Shown here in pieces: positions 25,536-37,535 of a stretch of DNA of 64,000 nt (positions are counted from its first letter, which is position 1; every line of letters begins with the position of its first letter). The stretch spans positions 83,824,001-83,888,000 of the forward strand of contig OX597817.1 of assembly GCA_951406725.2 (NCBI GenBank), read 5' to 3'. The position numbers and the translations under genes are program-made. Source of the DNA: Octopus vulgaris (lineage: Eukaryota). Under the pieces are notes generated by a model, which saw only the letters and a list, made by a program, of their open reading frames with translations, did not search any database and was not told where the DNA came from.

Positions 25536-25790
25536 TTGGACCTCACAGAGGCAAAGTGGCTGAGTACCTTTCAAGGATTGGGCCTGATGGAGGCAAAGTG
25601 ATTGAGTTCCTTTTAAGCCTTGGGCCTCATGGAAGCAAAGTGGCTCAAAGTGGTAAGGTGGCTCATTTCCTTCTGAGTGGGCCTCACAAAGGTGAGGTGA
25701 CTGAGTCCCTTTCCAGCATTGGACCTCATGGAGGCAAAGTTGCCAAACTCCTTTCGTGAGTTGGGCCTCATGGAGGCAATGACCAGGACC
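25536..25790 (+). repeat. ~42-bp minisatellite (about 6 units) running into an RTE 3' end
   Basis: TTGG(A/G)CCTCA..GAGGCAAAGT is repeated. The last unit continues into GACCTTTGGA...AAGACCC and the RTE UTR. Confidence 0.7.
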
Positions 25791-26079
25791 TTTGGATTTA
25801 TATCATGCTTGAGAAGAAGACCCATCAAGCCAAGCAAAATCACAATCATGGCAGTTACCAGAGTCACAAAAATGGCACCCATGCCAGTGGCACGTACAAA
25901 GTTCCCATTAAACTCTTGGAGTAGTTGGTCTCAGGAAGGGCATCCAGCTGTAGAAAACCATGTCAAATCAATTAATTTATAAAATTAAAATCATTGTAAG
26001 ATGAATCTCTTCAGAGGTAGTAATGATATACTGATTAGAAATACATGTTGAGATAACAGCTATATATGTATATATATGC

Positions 26080-27915
26080 ATCATCATCGTCGTCGTTTAT
26101 GGCATGGGTTGGACAGTTTGACTGAGGACTGGTGGGCCAGAAGGCTGCACCAGGCTGTAATCTGATCTGGCACAGTTTCTACAGCTTGATGCCCTTCCTA
26201 ACGCCAACCACTCTGATAGTGTAGTGGGTGCTTTTACATGCTACTGACACAAAGGCCAGTGAGGCGGTACTGGCAACGACCACATTCATATGGTGTTTGT
26301 TACGTGCCACCTGCACAGGAGCCAGTCCAGCAGCACTAGCATCGACCATACATGAATGTTTTTCGTGTGCCACTGGCACACATGCCAGTAAGGCGTCACT
26401 GACAACAATTCCACTCAAATGATGCTTTTTATGTGCCACCGGCATGGAAGCCAGTCAGGCGGTACTGTCATTGGCCACACCAGCGATTTTGATTTCACTT
26501 GCCTCAACAGGTCTTCGCAAGCAAAGTTTATCGTCCAATGAATGAAGGGTACTCATAAGTGGGCTGGTTATACACCACTAGCATAGACCATGGGTTGTGG
26601 TCTCACTTGGCTTGCCGGGTCTTCTCAGGCACAGCATATCTCTGAAGATCTCTGTCACTAGTTGTTGCCTCGGTGAGGCCAATGTTCAAAGGTCATGCTT
26701 CACCACCTCGTCCCAGGACTTCCTGGGTCTACCTCTTCCAGAGGTTCCCTCAACTGCTAGGGCATGACACTTTTTCATAAAACTGTCCTCATCCATTCGC
26801 AACACATGACCATACAAGTGCAGTCGTCTCTCTTGCACACTACATCTGATGCTTCTTAAGTCCAACTTTTCTCTCAGGGCGCTTACACTCTATCGTGTAT
26901 GCACACTTGCATTACACATCCAGCAGAGCATACTGGATTCATTCCTTGCAAGCTTACACATGTCCTCAGCTGTCACAGCCCATGTTTCACTGCCATGTAG
27001 CATGGCTGTTTGTACACATGCGTCATACAGTCTACCTTTTACTCTGAGTGAGAGGCCCTTTGTCACCAGCAGAGGTAGGAGCTCTCTGAACTTCCCCCAG
27101 GCTATTCTCATTCTAGCAGCTACACTTTCAGAGCATCCATCCCCACTACTGACACCTAGGTAACAGAAGCTATCAACTACTTCTAGTTTTTCTCCCTGAA
27201 ATGTGACGGAAGCTGTTCTCTGCATATTTTCAGTGTTTATTGCTCCTGAGCATTTGTCTCATACAAAGACTATCTTCCTAGTTAACCTTCCTTTGATATT
27301 GCTGCACCTCTTACATGTCCATAGATTACACTGGGTACATCTTAAGGAGTTTCTACCTACGCCTTTTCTACAGATCAAGCAGGGCTATCTACCTGGGGGG
27401 ATTTGTGGTTTGTCTGCCTTCCTACTTATTAAGACTTTGGTTTTAGCTAGGTTGACTATAAGGCCCTTCAGTTATAATACATGCTTCCACACCTGAAACT
27501 TCTCTAGTTCTGATAGTGACTCAGCAATTAGAGCAAGGTCATCCTGTCTTGAATTGCTCTGTTATTATCTTGAGACTATGATGAATAAGAGGGCACTGAA
27601 GACTGATCCTTGGTGAACCCCTACTCCTACATGGAATTCTTCACTGTACTCATTGCCAACCCGCTCCTTACTGACAGCATCCCTGTACATGGCTTGCACA
27701 GCTCTCACTAACCATTCATCTATCCCTAGTTTCCTCATTGACCACCAGATAAGGGATCGGGGGACCCTGTCGAAGGCTTTCACCATGTCAATGAAAGCCA
27801 GGTCCAGAGGTTTATCTTTGGCTACATATTTCTCCTGCAGCTGTCTTACCAGAAATATAGCATCAGTAGTGCTTTTTCCTGGCACGAAACCAAAATGCAT
27901 CTCATCTGAGTTGAC
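26080..27915 (-). pseudogene. RTE-clade LINE, 5'-truncated: reverse transcriptase, C-terminus and 3' UTR
   Basis: The ORFs encode FGFVPGKSTTDAIF...FIDMVKAFDRVP...GVHQGS and EVVDSFCYLG...MLHGSETW, with stops and deletions. A (CAT)n tail lies at 26080. Confidence 0.92.
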
Positions 27916-28664
27916 TCTCTTGTTTGATGTGAATTGCTGGCTTCAGTTTGTTGGCCAGCAAAGCACTGTATCTTGCACTGCTGATTGTACACCTCTTTTC
28001 CAGAGAAATCGGATCACTACTCTTTGTTCGTCTTTGGTGCATATTGTTAGTGGAACAGCCATGCTTACACTATAAAGCCAAAAACAAAAATAGCTCAATC
28101 AGGCTCCAACTTCAATCACATGACCAGAGCAATACCAACTATAATCACGCATACACAGAAGTTAGTGTGACAATAATAAAAATATATATTATGTTGAAAG
28201 TGTGGATAATTTTTTACTTCTCCTCATGTGTTCTTCTTCTTCTTCTTCTTCTTCTTCCTCAAACCCGAAAATCGCCATTACCATCCCCAATCAAACTTCC
28301 TTCTTCTCCAACTCAAAACTTCCTGTCTGATGTCCACAGCAAGTTATGATTTTATCTCCTTTATCTTCCGTACCTCGTACAACATACATTCATTCGCCGC
28401 TACCATTAAATGTTTGAACTTATACAGTAACTTGCTTTGCTTTCCTATCTTTCTCCATCTTCCGCCATTGGCGGTGCGCCCGCCCTTCTCACCCCCACCA
28501 CCAATACCGGATATCTCTATATTTTTGCTCCATCTATACCGGATGTCGCTTCTCCCACCACCATTATAGGTGTCTTCTATACGCTATTTCACCATGCATT
28601 ACCCCTCTCGTGATATCCTACGTTCTACTTGTCTAGAACCTCTCATCGCTTCTCCGAACACCCT

Positions 28665-28935
28665 CCCCACTGGCTTCTGTGCAGGTGGCACATACAAAGC
28701 ACCAACCGACCGTGGCCGATGCCAGACCCCTCTGGCACATGTGCAGGTGGCATGTAAAAAGCACCCACTACACTCGCGGAGTGGTTGGCGTTAGGAAGGG
28801 CATCCAGCTGTAGAAACACTGCCAGACCAGACTGGAGCCTGGGGCAGCCCCTGGCTCCCCAGACCCCGGTCGAACCGTCCAACCCGTGCTAGCGCGGAAA
28901 ACGGACGTTAAACGATGATGATGATGATGATGATG
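28665..28935 (+). mobile_element. RTE-type 3' end with (GAT)n tail
   Basis: GGAGTGGTTGGCGTTAGGAAGGGCATCCAGC...GGACGTTAAACGATGATG. Confidence 0.8.
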
Positions 28936-30042
28936 ATATATATACACACACACATACACATGCATATATACACACACATGCATATATATACATATACACA
29001 CACACACACATATATACACACACAGATACATATACATATATTTGTGTACAGGATCATCAGCTTAATATTCTCTTTTCCATACTTTCATGGGTTGAATGGA
29101 ATTAACTGGGGCAGATTTTTTTTTATGGCTATTCTTCCTTATCACTGACCCTCACCTGTTTCCAAGCAAGGTTATGTTTCCTTATGGTCAGACATGTTTT
29201 GGCAGAATATTGGAAATGAATGACACTGCTTATGTGATACTGCTCATTTTACAATTATCACACAATGTGAGGACAAGCAGACACAAATGTAATATACATA
29301 CATATGCATATATATATGTGTGTGTGTGTGTATGCACACACACAAGCACAAATAGACATACGTGGATACACACACACACACACACACACATATACATACA
29401 CTCATACAATGAACTTTCAGTTTCCATGTACCAAATTTACTCCAAGGCTTTGGTCACCCTGGAGCTACAGTAAAAGACACCCAAAGTGCAAAGATTTATT
29501 TGTTTGGAAAGCAAACTTGACAATTACAGTCACACATGTACCTATATATATATATACAAATGTATGTGTGTGTGTGTGTATGTATTAGGTTTTTTTCAGT
29601 TTTCATATCATTTTTTGCTCTTTGAGTTGCTGTCAAAAGAAGAGATTCCATTTGCCTGTAAATTTTGTCATGAGTTAAAAATATCTATAGGTTACATTTA
29701 TATTTTTTTCTTTTGTGTCAAAACCATGATTTTCAGCCATTTGCACTGAGAAGATATTTTTTTTCTTATTCCCTCTTCCTACCTCAGTTTGTCAGATTGC
29801 GTTTGTGATATGTTTGTTGAAGTACAAACGAACATAATTTGTTAGAAACAGAAATATTCTTACTTTTCTGTTGTCATTTGTTGTAAATTTTTCTTCTTCA
29901 GCTTTCTACCTCAGACAATACATATATATATCTATATATGTATATATATATATATATTTATATACTCATACATATATATATTTATATATATATACATATA
30001 TATATATGTATATATATTCATATATCAATTTATATATATATA

Positions 30043-31333
30043 CGAGGGGCATTCAATAAGTAATGCCTCTGACCCACTTGCAGTTATTTGATCTAGCTGA
30101 AAATTTACATGTGCAATCATTTATATCTCTATAGATTAGGTGGCAAATTACAGCTCTGAACTAATTGTGGTTTCTGATATACAGGTGTTTGAACTGAGTC
30201 AAGTATGAAATGGAGCCTGTTGAGTGTCGAGCAGTGATCCAGTTTTTGTATTTGAAAGGACGCACACCACGGGAGACTTTTGATGAAATGAAAGTAATTT
30301 ATGGTGATGATGCCCCATCATATGACCTTGTAAAACGCTGGCATCGTGAATTCAAACATGGTTGGAACTCTGTAGAAACAGCTCCCAGATCTGGTCGCCC
30401 CCCTTCTGCCATTGATGAGGCATCTGTCCGTCAAGTTGAGGCTGCCATTTTGGAAGATCAACGCATAACTATTCGCCAAATAGCCCATGAGGTCAAGTTT
30501 AGTACCGGGTCTGTGGAAACTATCATTCATGACCATTTGCATATGCAAAAGGTGTCTGCCAGATGGATTCCCAGGTTGCTCCCACCTTTCCAGAAGCAAG
30601 AACGCGTCGAGTGCTCGAGGATGAATTTGGAGATGTGCCAAGAAGATGAGTCAAAATTTTTCAAAAGACTGATTACACAGGATGAAACCTGGGTCCATCA
30701 CTATGATCCAGAGACCAAAGCCCAGTCAATGCAGTGAAAGCACCGTGACTCACCTCCTCCAAAGAAGGCAAGGGTGCAGCCCTCCACTGGCAAGGTCATG
30801 CTCACAGTCTTCTGGGACCAGGACGGAGTAGTGATGACAGATTTCCTGGCAAAGGGTACCGCAATTACAGGAGCCTATTATGCTTCACTTTTGAGGAAAT
30901 TAAGAGAAGCTATTAAAATCAAGAGGCGGGGCAAGATCAGCAAAGGCATCCTCCTCCTGCAGGACAACGCTCCGGTCTACAACTCGCGTGTCGCCAGAGC
31001 AGAAGCACAGGCGTGCGGCTATGAACTCCTCCCCCATCCCCCTACTCTCCTGACCTTGCACCCTCTGATTTTCACCTCTTCCCAGCCATGAAGTTGTTTT
31101 TGAAAGGAAAGCGTTTCCCAGATGATGCAGCCTTGATTTCTGAAGTCACGTCGTGGTTGGAGGACCAAGCTGGGGTCTTCTACAAAAACGGTCTCCAGAG
31201 TTGCATCAAACGATGGGAGAAATGTGTAACTCTGAGTGGTTCCTATGTAGAAAAAGACTAATAACTGTGCCAAGTTTGTTGCTCTACTGCTATGGGAAGT
31301 GGGTCAGAGGCATTACTTATTGAACGCCCCTCG
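30043..31333 (+). mobile_element. Full-length mariner (DD34D; irritans-like ends) with a nearly intact transposase
   Basis: TA-flanked TIRs CGAGGGGCATTCAATAAGTAATGCCTCTGACCCACTT. The transposase at 30210-31261 has WIPRLL, TQDETW, LQDNA and YSPDLAPSD motifs, one TGA (30735-30737) and one frameshift near 31040. Confidence 0.95.
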
Positions 31334-31574
31334 TATATATATATATATTCATATATCAATTTATATATATATATATATATTCATATATCAATTTATATAT
31401 ATATTTATATATAATTTATATATATCAATGTGGGGGGAAGCTTGGTTCCCAACCACATGGTTCTGGATTCAGTCCAACTGCATGGGACCTTAGGGAAGTG
31501 TCTTCTACTATAGCCTCAGGCCAACTAATGCCTTGTGAGTGGATTTGGTTGATGGAAACTGAAAGAAGCTTGTC

Positions 31575-31608
<34 letters not shown>

Positions 31609-31749
31609 ACATATGTATATATTTTTGTGTGTGTCTGTTTCTCACCCCACCATCGCATGACAACTGTGTGTGTATATGTATATGTATATTTATATATATG
31701 TGTGTGTGTGTATGTATGTATTTTTCTCACCCCACCATCAATTGACAAC

Positions 31750-31782
<33 letters not shown>

Positions 31783-31787
31783 GTACA

Positions 31788-32018
31788 AAGGCGGCGAGCT
31801 GGCAGAAACGTTAGCACACCGGGCGATTGCATAGCCGTATTTCATCTGCCGTTACGTTCTGGGTTCAAATTCCGCTGAGGTCGACTTTGCCTTTCATCCT
31901 TTCAGGGTCAATAAATTATGTACCAGTTACGCACTGGGATAATTATAATCGACTTAATCCGTTTGTCTGTCCTTGTTTGTCACCTCTGTGTTTAGCCCCT
32001 TGTGGGTAGTAAAGAAAT
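31788..32018 (+). mobile_element. SINE family B
   Basis: AAGGCGGCGAGCTGGCAGAAACGTTAGC...CCCCTTGTGGGTAGTAAAGAAAT, inserted in (TA)n. Confidence 0.85.
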
Positions 32019-32370
32019 CTATATATATAACTAATGTAGGATAAATTTTTTTTCGAAAAAAAATTTTATCAATGGCCAGCATATTAAAAAATACCTTTAA
32101 AGGTTAAATTTATAAACAACTTATAAAATAAGGGCAAAAGAAAAATTCTAATGCCAAATATGCCGAAAAAATACAAAATTGTCAATAACCATTTTATAAT
32201 TTATGCATCTTGAAACATGCCGATAAAAATTTCTAAAAATTTTGGTTATTACCGGGTTAATTCATAAGAATTTTCCCCTCGTCAGCGCTAACTATGTAAG
32301 ACATAAATGAAATACTTACTCATAAATGAAATACTTACTGAGTAAGTATTTCATTTATGTCTTACGTATT

Positions 32371-32429
32371 TATCGCTGACGAGGGGAAAATTCTTATAAA
32401 TTAACCCCGAAATTGGGACCAATGCGGTA
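32371..32429 (+). ncRNA. Type I hammerhead motif with G at the cleavage site, in a ~440-bp fold-back (32121-32557)
   Basis: TATCG-CTGACGA-GGGG...CCCC-GAAA-TTGG(ga)CCAA-TG-CGGTA. Confidence 0.7.
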
Positions 32430-32743
32430 ATAACGGAATTTTTTTTAAATTTCTATCGGCATGTTTCGAGACACATAAATTATAATGGTTATTGACAATT
32501 TTGTCTTTTTTTCGGCATATTTGGCATTAGAATTTTTCTTTTGCCCTTATTTTATAAATATATAGTTATATATATGTGGAGATGCAATGGCCCATTGGTT
32601 AGGGCAGTCCAGATAAATAGGATGAATGCTGCCGTTGATTAACCCCAAGAGAGAAATAGAAATAATGATATTTCTATTTTTGAAAACCAGTGGATGTATT
32701 CCACTGAATTTAGTCAGCAATGGTGCCTGCTTGATTCAGCTAC

Positions 32744-32786
32744 TCCACATTGATAAGAGGCAAACTCCTCGAAACTAGTCTGTGGA
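32744..32786 (+). ncRNA. Minimal type I hammerhead ribozyme (U3-A8 covariant, palindromic stem III)
   Basis: TCCACA-TTGATAA-GAGG(caaact)CCTC-GAAA-CTAG-TC-TGTGGA. All stems pair perfectly. Confidence 0.8.
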
Positions 32787-32984
32787 TACCAGACCAGCCA
32801 GAGGAAGCTGCTGACCTCCACTGTTCAAAGGTTATAATGGACACAGGTTTGTGTGTCATATAACTAGCTCGAGGTGATGGCCTCTTGGAACTAATGAACG
32901 GCAGCATTCATCCTATTTATCTGGACTACTCTGTTAGCTTGGCGATAACTATTAATATACATTTATATAGATATACATCTATTG

Positions 32985-33026
<42 letters not shown>

Positions 33027-33175
33027 ATTTATATATATTTATATATCTATAAGCATATATATATTTATATAACTGTCTATCTATCTATAAGTATATATGT
33101 ATATCTATATAACTATCTATCTCTCTCTATATATATATATGTGGATGTATATTTATATAGATAGATATAGATATA

Positions 33176-33229
<54 letters not shown>

Positions 33230-33300
33230 GACATATAATTATTATTTCGTTTTAGAATTTGGTTTGCAAGATTCTCTATGTGAGTTCATGTGTTGAAGCA

Positions 33301-33567
33301 TATTCTGTTGTGTCTGGGGAGAGTCATTCTTGTTTGGTGCCTTATAATTTAACACACTCACCAGTAAAATTACCACTTATTTCTTTTTTATTTTTCTAAA
33401 ATTTTCATTGTGTCTTGCAACTTTTTCAATAGTCAACTATTGAAAAAGTTGCAACACACAATGAAAATTTTAGAAAAATAAAAAGAAATAACTGGAAATT
33501 TTACCGGTGTGTGTGTTAAATTATAAGGCACCAAAAGAGAATGACTGTCTCCTAACACAACAGAATA
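33301..33567. repeat. Head-to-head inverted pair of Penelope-type terminal repeats, each starting with a hammerhead-like motif
   Basis: The arms mirror around 33433-33436. The motif CTA-TTGAAAA-AGTTG...CAAT-GAAA-AT-TT-TAG lies at 33437-33473 (+) and 33396-33432 (-). Same family as 39760-39880 and 42207-42390. Confidence 0.75.
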
Positions 33568-33675
33568 ATAATTATAATAATAATAAAATTGACAACAAAA
33601 GAGATCTCAATATTAGCTAAATAGAGGGTTAGGACAATCAGTAAATTATCATTATATTCCTCAGAGTTTATATAT

Positions 33676-33728
<53 letters not shown>

Positions 33729-33731
<3 letters not shown>

Positions 33732-34230
33732 TCATCATCATCATCATTCATTCATTTAGCGTCCGTTTTCCATGCTAGCATGGGTTGGACGGTTCAACTG
33801 GGGTCTGGGGAGCCCGAAGGCTGCACCAGGCCAGTCAGATCTGGCAGTGTTTCTACAGCTGGATGCCCTTCCTAACGCCAACCACTCCGAGAGTGTAGTG
33901 GGTGATTTTATGTGCCACCGACACAGGTGCCAGACGAGGCTGGCGAACGGCCACGCTCGGATGGTCTTTTTATGTGCCACCGACACAGGTGCCAGACGAG
34001 GCTGGCAGACGGCCACGCTCGGATGGTGTTTTTATGTGCCACCGACACAGGTGCCAGATGAGGCTGGCGAACGGCCACGATCGGATGGTGTTTGTTACGT
34101 GCCTGCAGCACGGAGGCCAGTCGATGTGGTACTGGCTACGGCCACGTTCGGATGGTTTTCTTGTGTGCCACCGGCACTGGTACCTCAAAGATACAAATTC
34201 CATTGATGTTCATCTATTTTGATTTGTTGT
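33729..34230 (-). mobile_element. RTE 3' end with ~62-bp tandem array; inverted twin of 24367-24873
   Basis: The ORF-track peptides at 33756-34222 are nearly identical to those at 24367-24851 on the opposite strand. Confidence 0.85.
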
Positions 34231-34517
34231 ATATATATATATATATATGCAAAAAAATTAGATTCAGATGAATATGGTACTTGAGTTGAGGCACCAGAAT
34301 TTAGTACAGTATTATCCATACAATTTCAAAATAAGGTGACTAAAATCAAAATAAACAACAAGGATATCTGTAACAAGTCTTTCTTCCTGATACCTTAGTA
34401 GCTTCTAAGTGGAAGTGAATGCACCATGTTCTATGTCTCCTTAACGTCTTTGAGATTTTAGGTAAAATTATACTAATGTGTCCATCTGTTTTAATTTAAT
34501 TAAATTCTATGTCTTTG

Positions 34518-34603
34518 TGCAGCTGAGGATTGCTCTGCATTTAAATTGATGTAATGGTTGCATTGTTCAATTAAATGGAGTTGCTTGAAATGATCGTACT
34601 GCA
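34518..34603 (+). ncRNA. Type I hammerhead motif with extended stem II
   Basis: TGCAG-CTGAGGA-[long imperfect hairpin CATTTAAATTGA/TCAATTAAATG]-GAAA-TGATCG-TA-CTGCA. The unit is bounded by a 24-bp IR (34345-34368 / 34613-34636). Confidence 0.65.
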
Positions 34604-34632
34604 TTACTTCTGGATATCCTTGTTGCTTACTT

Positions 34633-34678
<46 letters not shown>

Positions 34679-35310
34679 ATATATATATAAGTTGGCTAGC
34701 AGCGAGCTGTTTCGCCTCATACCGAAGGAATTAGAAATGGCAGTCAAAGACCGTTTTTTCCATTTCTATAAGTGGAGATTCCAAAAACGAAGGCCCTTGC
34801 GGCTCACATACACAAAACCGGAGTGGCAAATATACGAATTCAGTCACTTACCGTTAATAGCGAACACGGTGTTTCTGGATCACAAACATATAAAAAAAGG
34901 GAGTTTGAATTCCTTCTTCAGCGCTATATTCGTTAGCTTTATCAAATGCCACCAGCCCTCACTTCTGACCCAGCGACATCAGATAGTGGGGGAAGTGCGC
35001 AGATGCTAAAACCAAGTAACGACTGGAAGGTCTTGACAATTATTTTGTCGTATTTACATACCGAAATTTACCGGTAAATAATTGTTGGTTACATGAAAAA
35101 CCACAGGAAAATTATTTACCATTTTTATTGTATTACCATGTGGATTCCTCATTCCATTACGATTACCCAGAAGGCACGCATGGCAGAATTTTGGAGGGAA
35201 AATTTACGTTCCCAGTCGTTACTTGGTTTTAGCATCTGCGCACTTCCCCCACTATCTGATGTCGCTGGGTCAGAAGTGAGGGCTGGTGGCATTTGATAAA
35301 GCTAACGAAT

Positions 35311-35386
35311 ATAGCGCTGAAGAAGGAATTCAAACTCCCCTTTTTTTTTTTATATGTTTGTGATCCAGAAACACCGTGTTCGCTAT
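35311..35386 (+). ncRNA. Type I hammerhead ribozyme (unit 1)
   Basis: ATAGCG-CTGAAGA-AGGA..TTCAAAC..GTTTG.TCCA-GAAA-CAC(c)GTG-TT-CGCTAT. Equivalent motifs lie at 35870-35948 (+) and 34857-34927 (-). Confidence 0.75.
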
Positions 35387-35869
35387 TAACGGTAAGTGAC
35401 TGAATTCGTATATTTGCCACTCCGGTTTTGTGTATGTGAGCCGCAAGGGCCTTCGTTTTTGGAATCTCCACTTATAGAAATGGAAAAAACGGTCTTTGAC
35501 TGCCATTTCTAATTCCTTCGGTATGAGGCGAAACAGCTCGCTGCTAGCCAACTTATTTTTCTTTACTATATACTGAACCTTACAAAGGTCTTGACAATTA
35601 TTTTGTCGTATTTACATACCGAAATTTACCGGTAAATAATTGTTGGTTACATGAAAAACCACAGGAAAATTATTTACCATTGTTATTGTATTACCATGTG
35701 GATTCCTCATTCCATTACGATTACCCAGAAGGCGCGCATGGCAGAATTTTGGAGGGAAAATTTACGTTCCCAGTCGTTACTTGGTTTTAGCATCTGCGCA
35801 CTTCCCCCCACTATCTGATGTCGCTGGGTCAGAAGTGAGGGCTGGTGGCATTTGATAAAGCTAACGAAT

Positions 35870-35948
35870 ATAGCGCTGAAGAAGGAATTCAAACTCCCCT
35901 TTTTTTTTTTTTTATATGTTTGTGATCCAGAAACACCGTGTTCGCTAT
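35870..35948 (+). ncRNA. Type I hammerhead ribozyme (unit 2)
   Basis: Same core and stems as 35311-35386. It differs only in the poly-T length within stem II. Confidence 0.75.
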
Positions 35949-36246
35949 TAACGGTAAGTGACTGAATTCGTATATTTGCCACTCCGGTTTTGTGTATGTG
36001 AGCCGCAAGGGCCTTCGTTTTTGGAATCTCCACTTATAGAAATGGAAAAAACGGTCTTTGACTGCCATTTCTAATTCCTTCGGTATGAGGCGAAACAGCT
36101 CGCTGCTAGCCAACTTATTTTTCTTTACTATATACTGAACCTTACAAAGGTCTTGACAATTATTTTGTCGTATTTACATACCGAAATTTACCGGTAAATA
36201 ATTGTTGGTTACATGAAAAACCACAGGAAAATTATTTACCATTTTT

Positions 36247-36281
<35 letters not shown>

Positions 36282-36284
<3 letters not shown>

Positions 36285-36470
36285 CCATGATAGATTGCTA
36301 GCTTCTGCACATTTTTTATTTTCTCTCCTTGTTTCTTTCTGTGTTCCTTTCTGTGGAAGAGTGTAGGCTCGAAACGTTAAAGACATTTACACTTCCCGAG
36401 CATTATACTAATAAATCTGTTTGTCATCTACACCACCTGTCTTCGTCTTTGTTTTTTTTTTGTGAATTCT

Positions 36471-36475
<5 letters not shown>
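36282..36475 (+). mobile_element. Solo Penelope terminal repeat with variant hammerhead-like motif (36347-36382)
   Basis: Matches 54020-54262, which directly follows a GIY-YIG ORF. Motif CTTT-CTGTGGAA-GAGT(gtag)GCTC-GAAA-CG-TT-AAAG. An older copy lies at about 22545-22740. Confidence 0.7.
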
Positions 36476-37345
<870 letters not shown>

Positions 37346-37354
37346 TATACATAT

Positions 37355-37385
<31 letters not shown>

Positions 37386-37402
37386 CATATATATATATAT
37401 AT

Positions 37403-37535
<133 letters not shown>

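Larger units (their letters stand above)
34688..36250 (+). mobile_element. Hammerhead-containing ~560-bp tandem repeat with an inverted 5' copy (retrozyme/Penelope pLTR-like)
   Basis: Units start at 35027, 35585 and 36147 (partial). 34688-35026 is the reverse complement of 35212-35555. (TA)n flanks both sides. Confidence 0.8.

Noticed and set aside
34575-36113. Repeated ORFs ASSELFRLIPKELEMAVKDRFF... and MEIPKTKALAAH...
   Set aside because: They recur only because the DNA is repeated. There is no recognisable domain, and they run through variable poly-A/T tracts.
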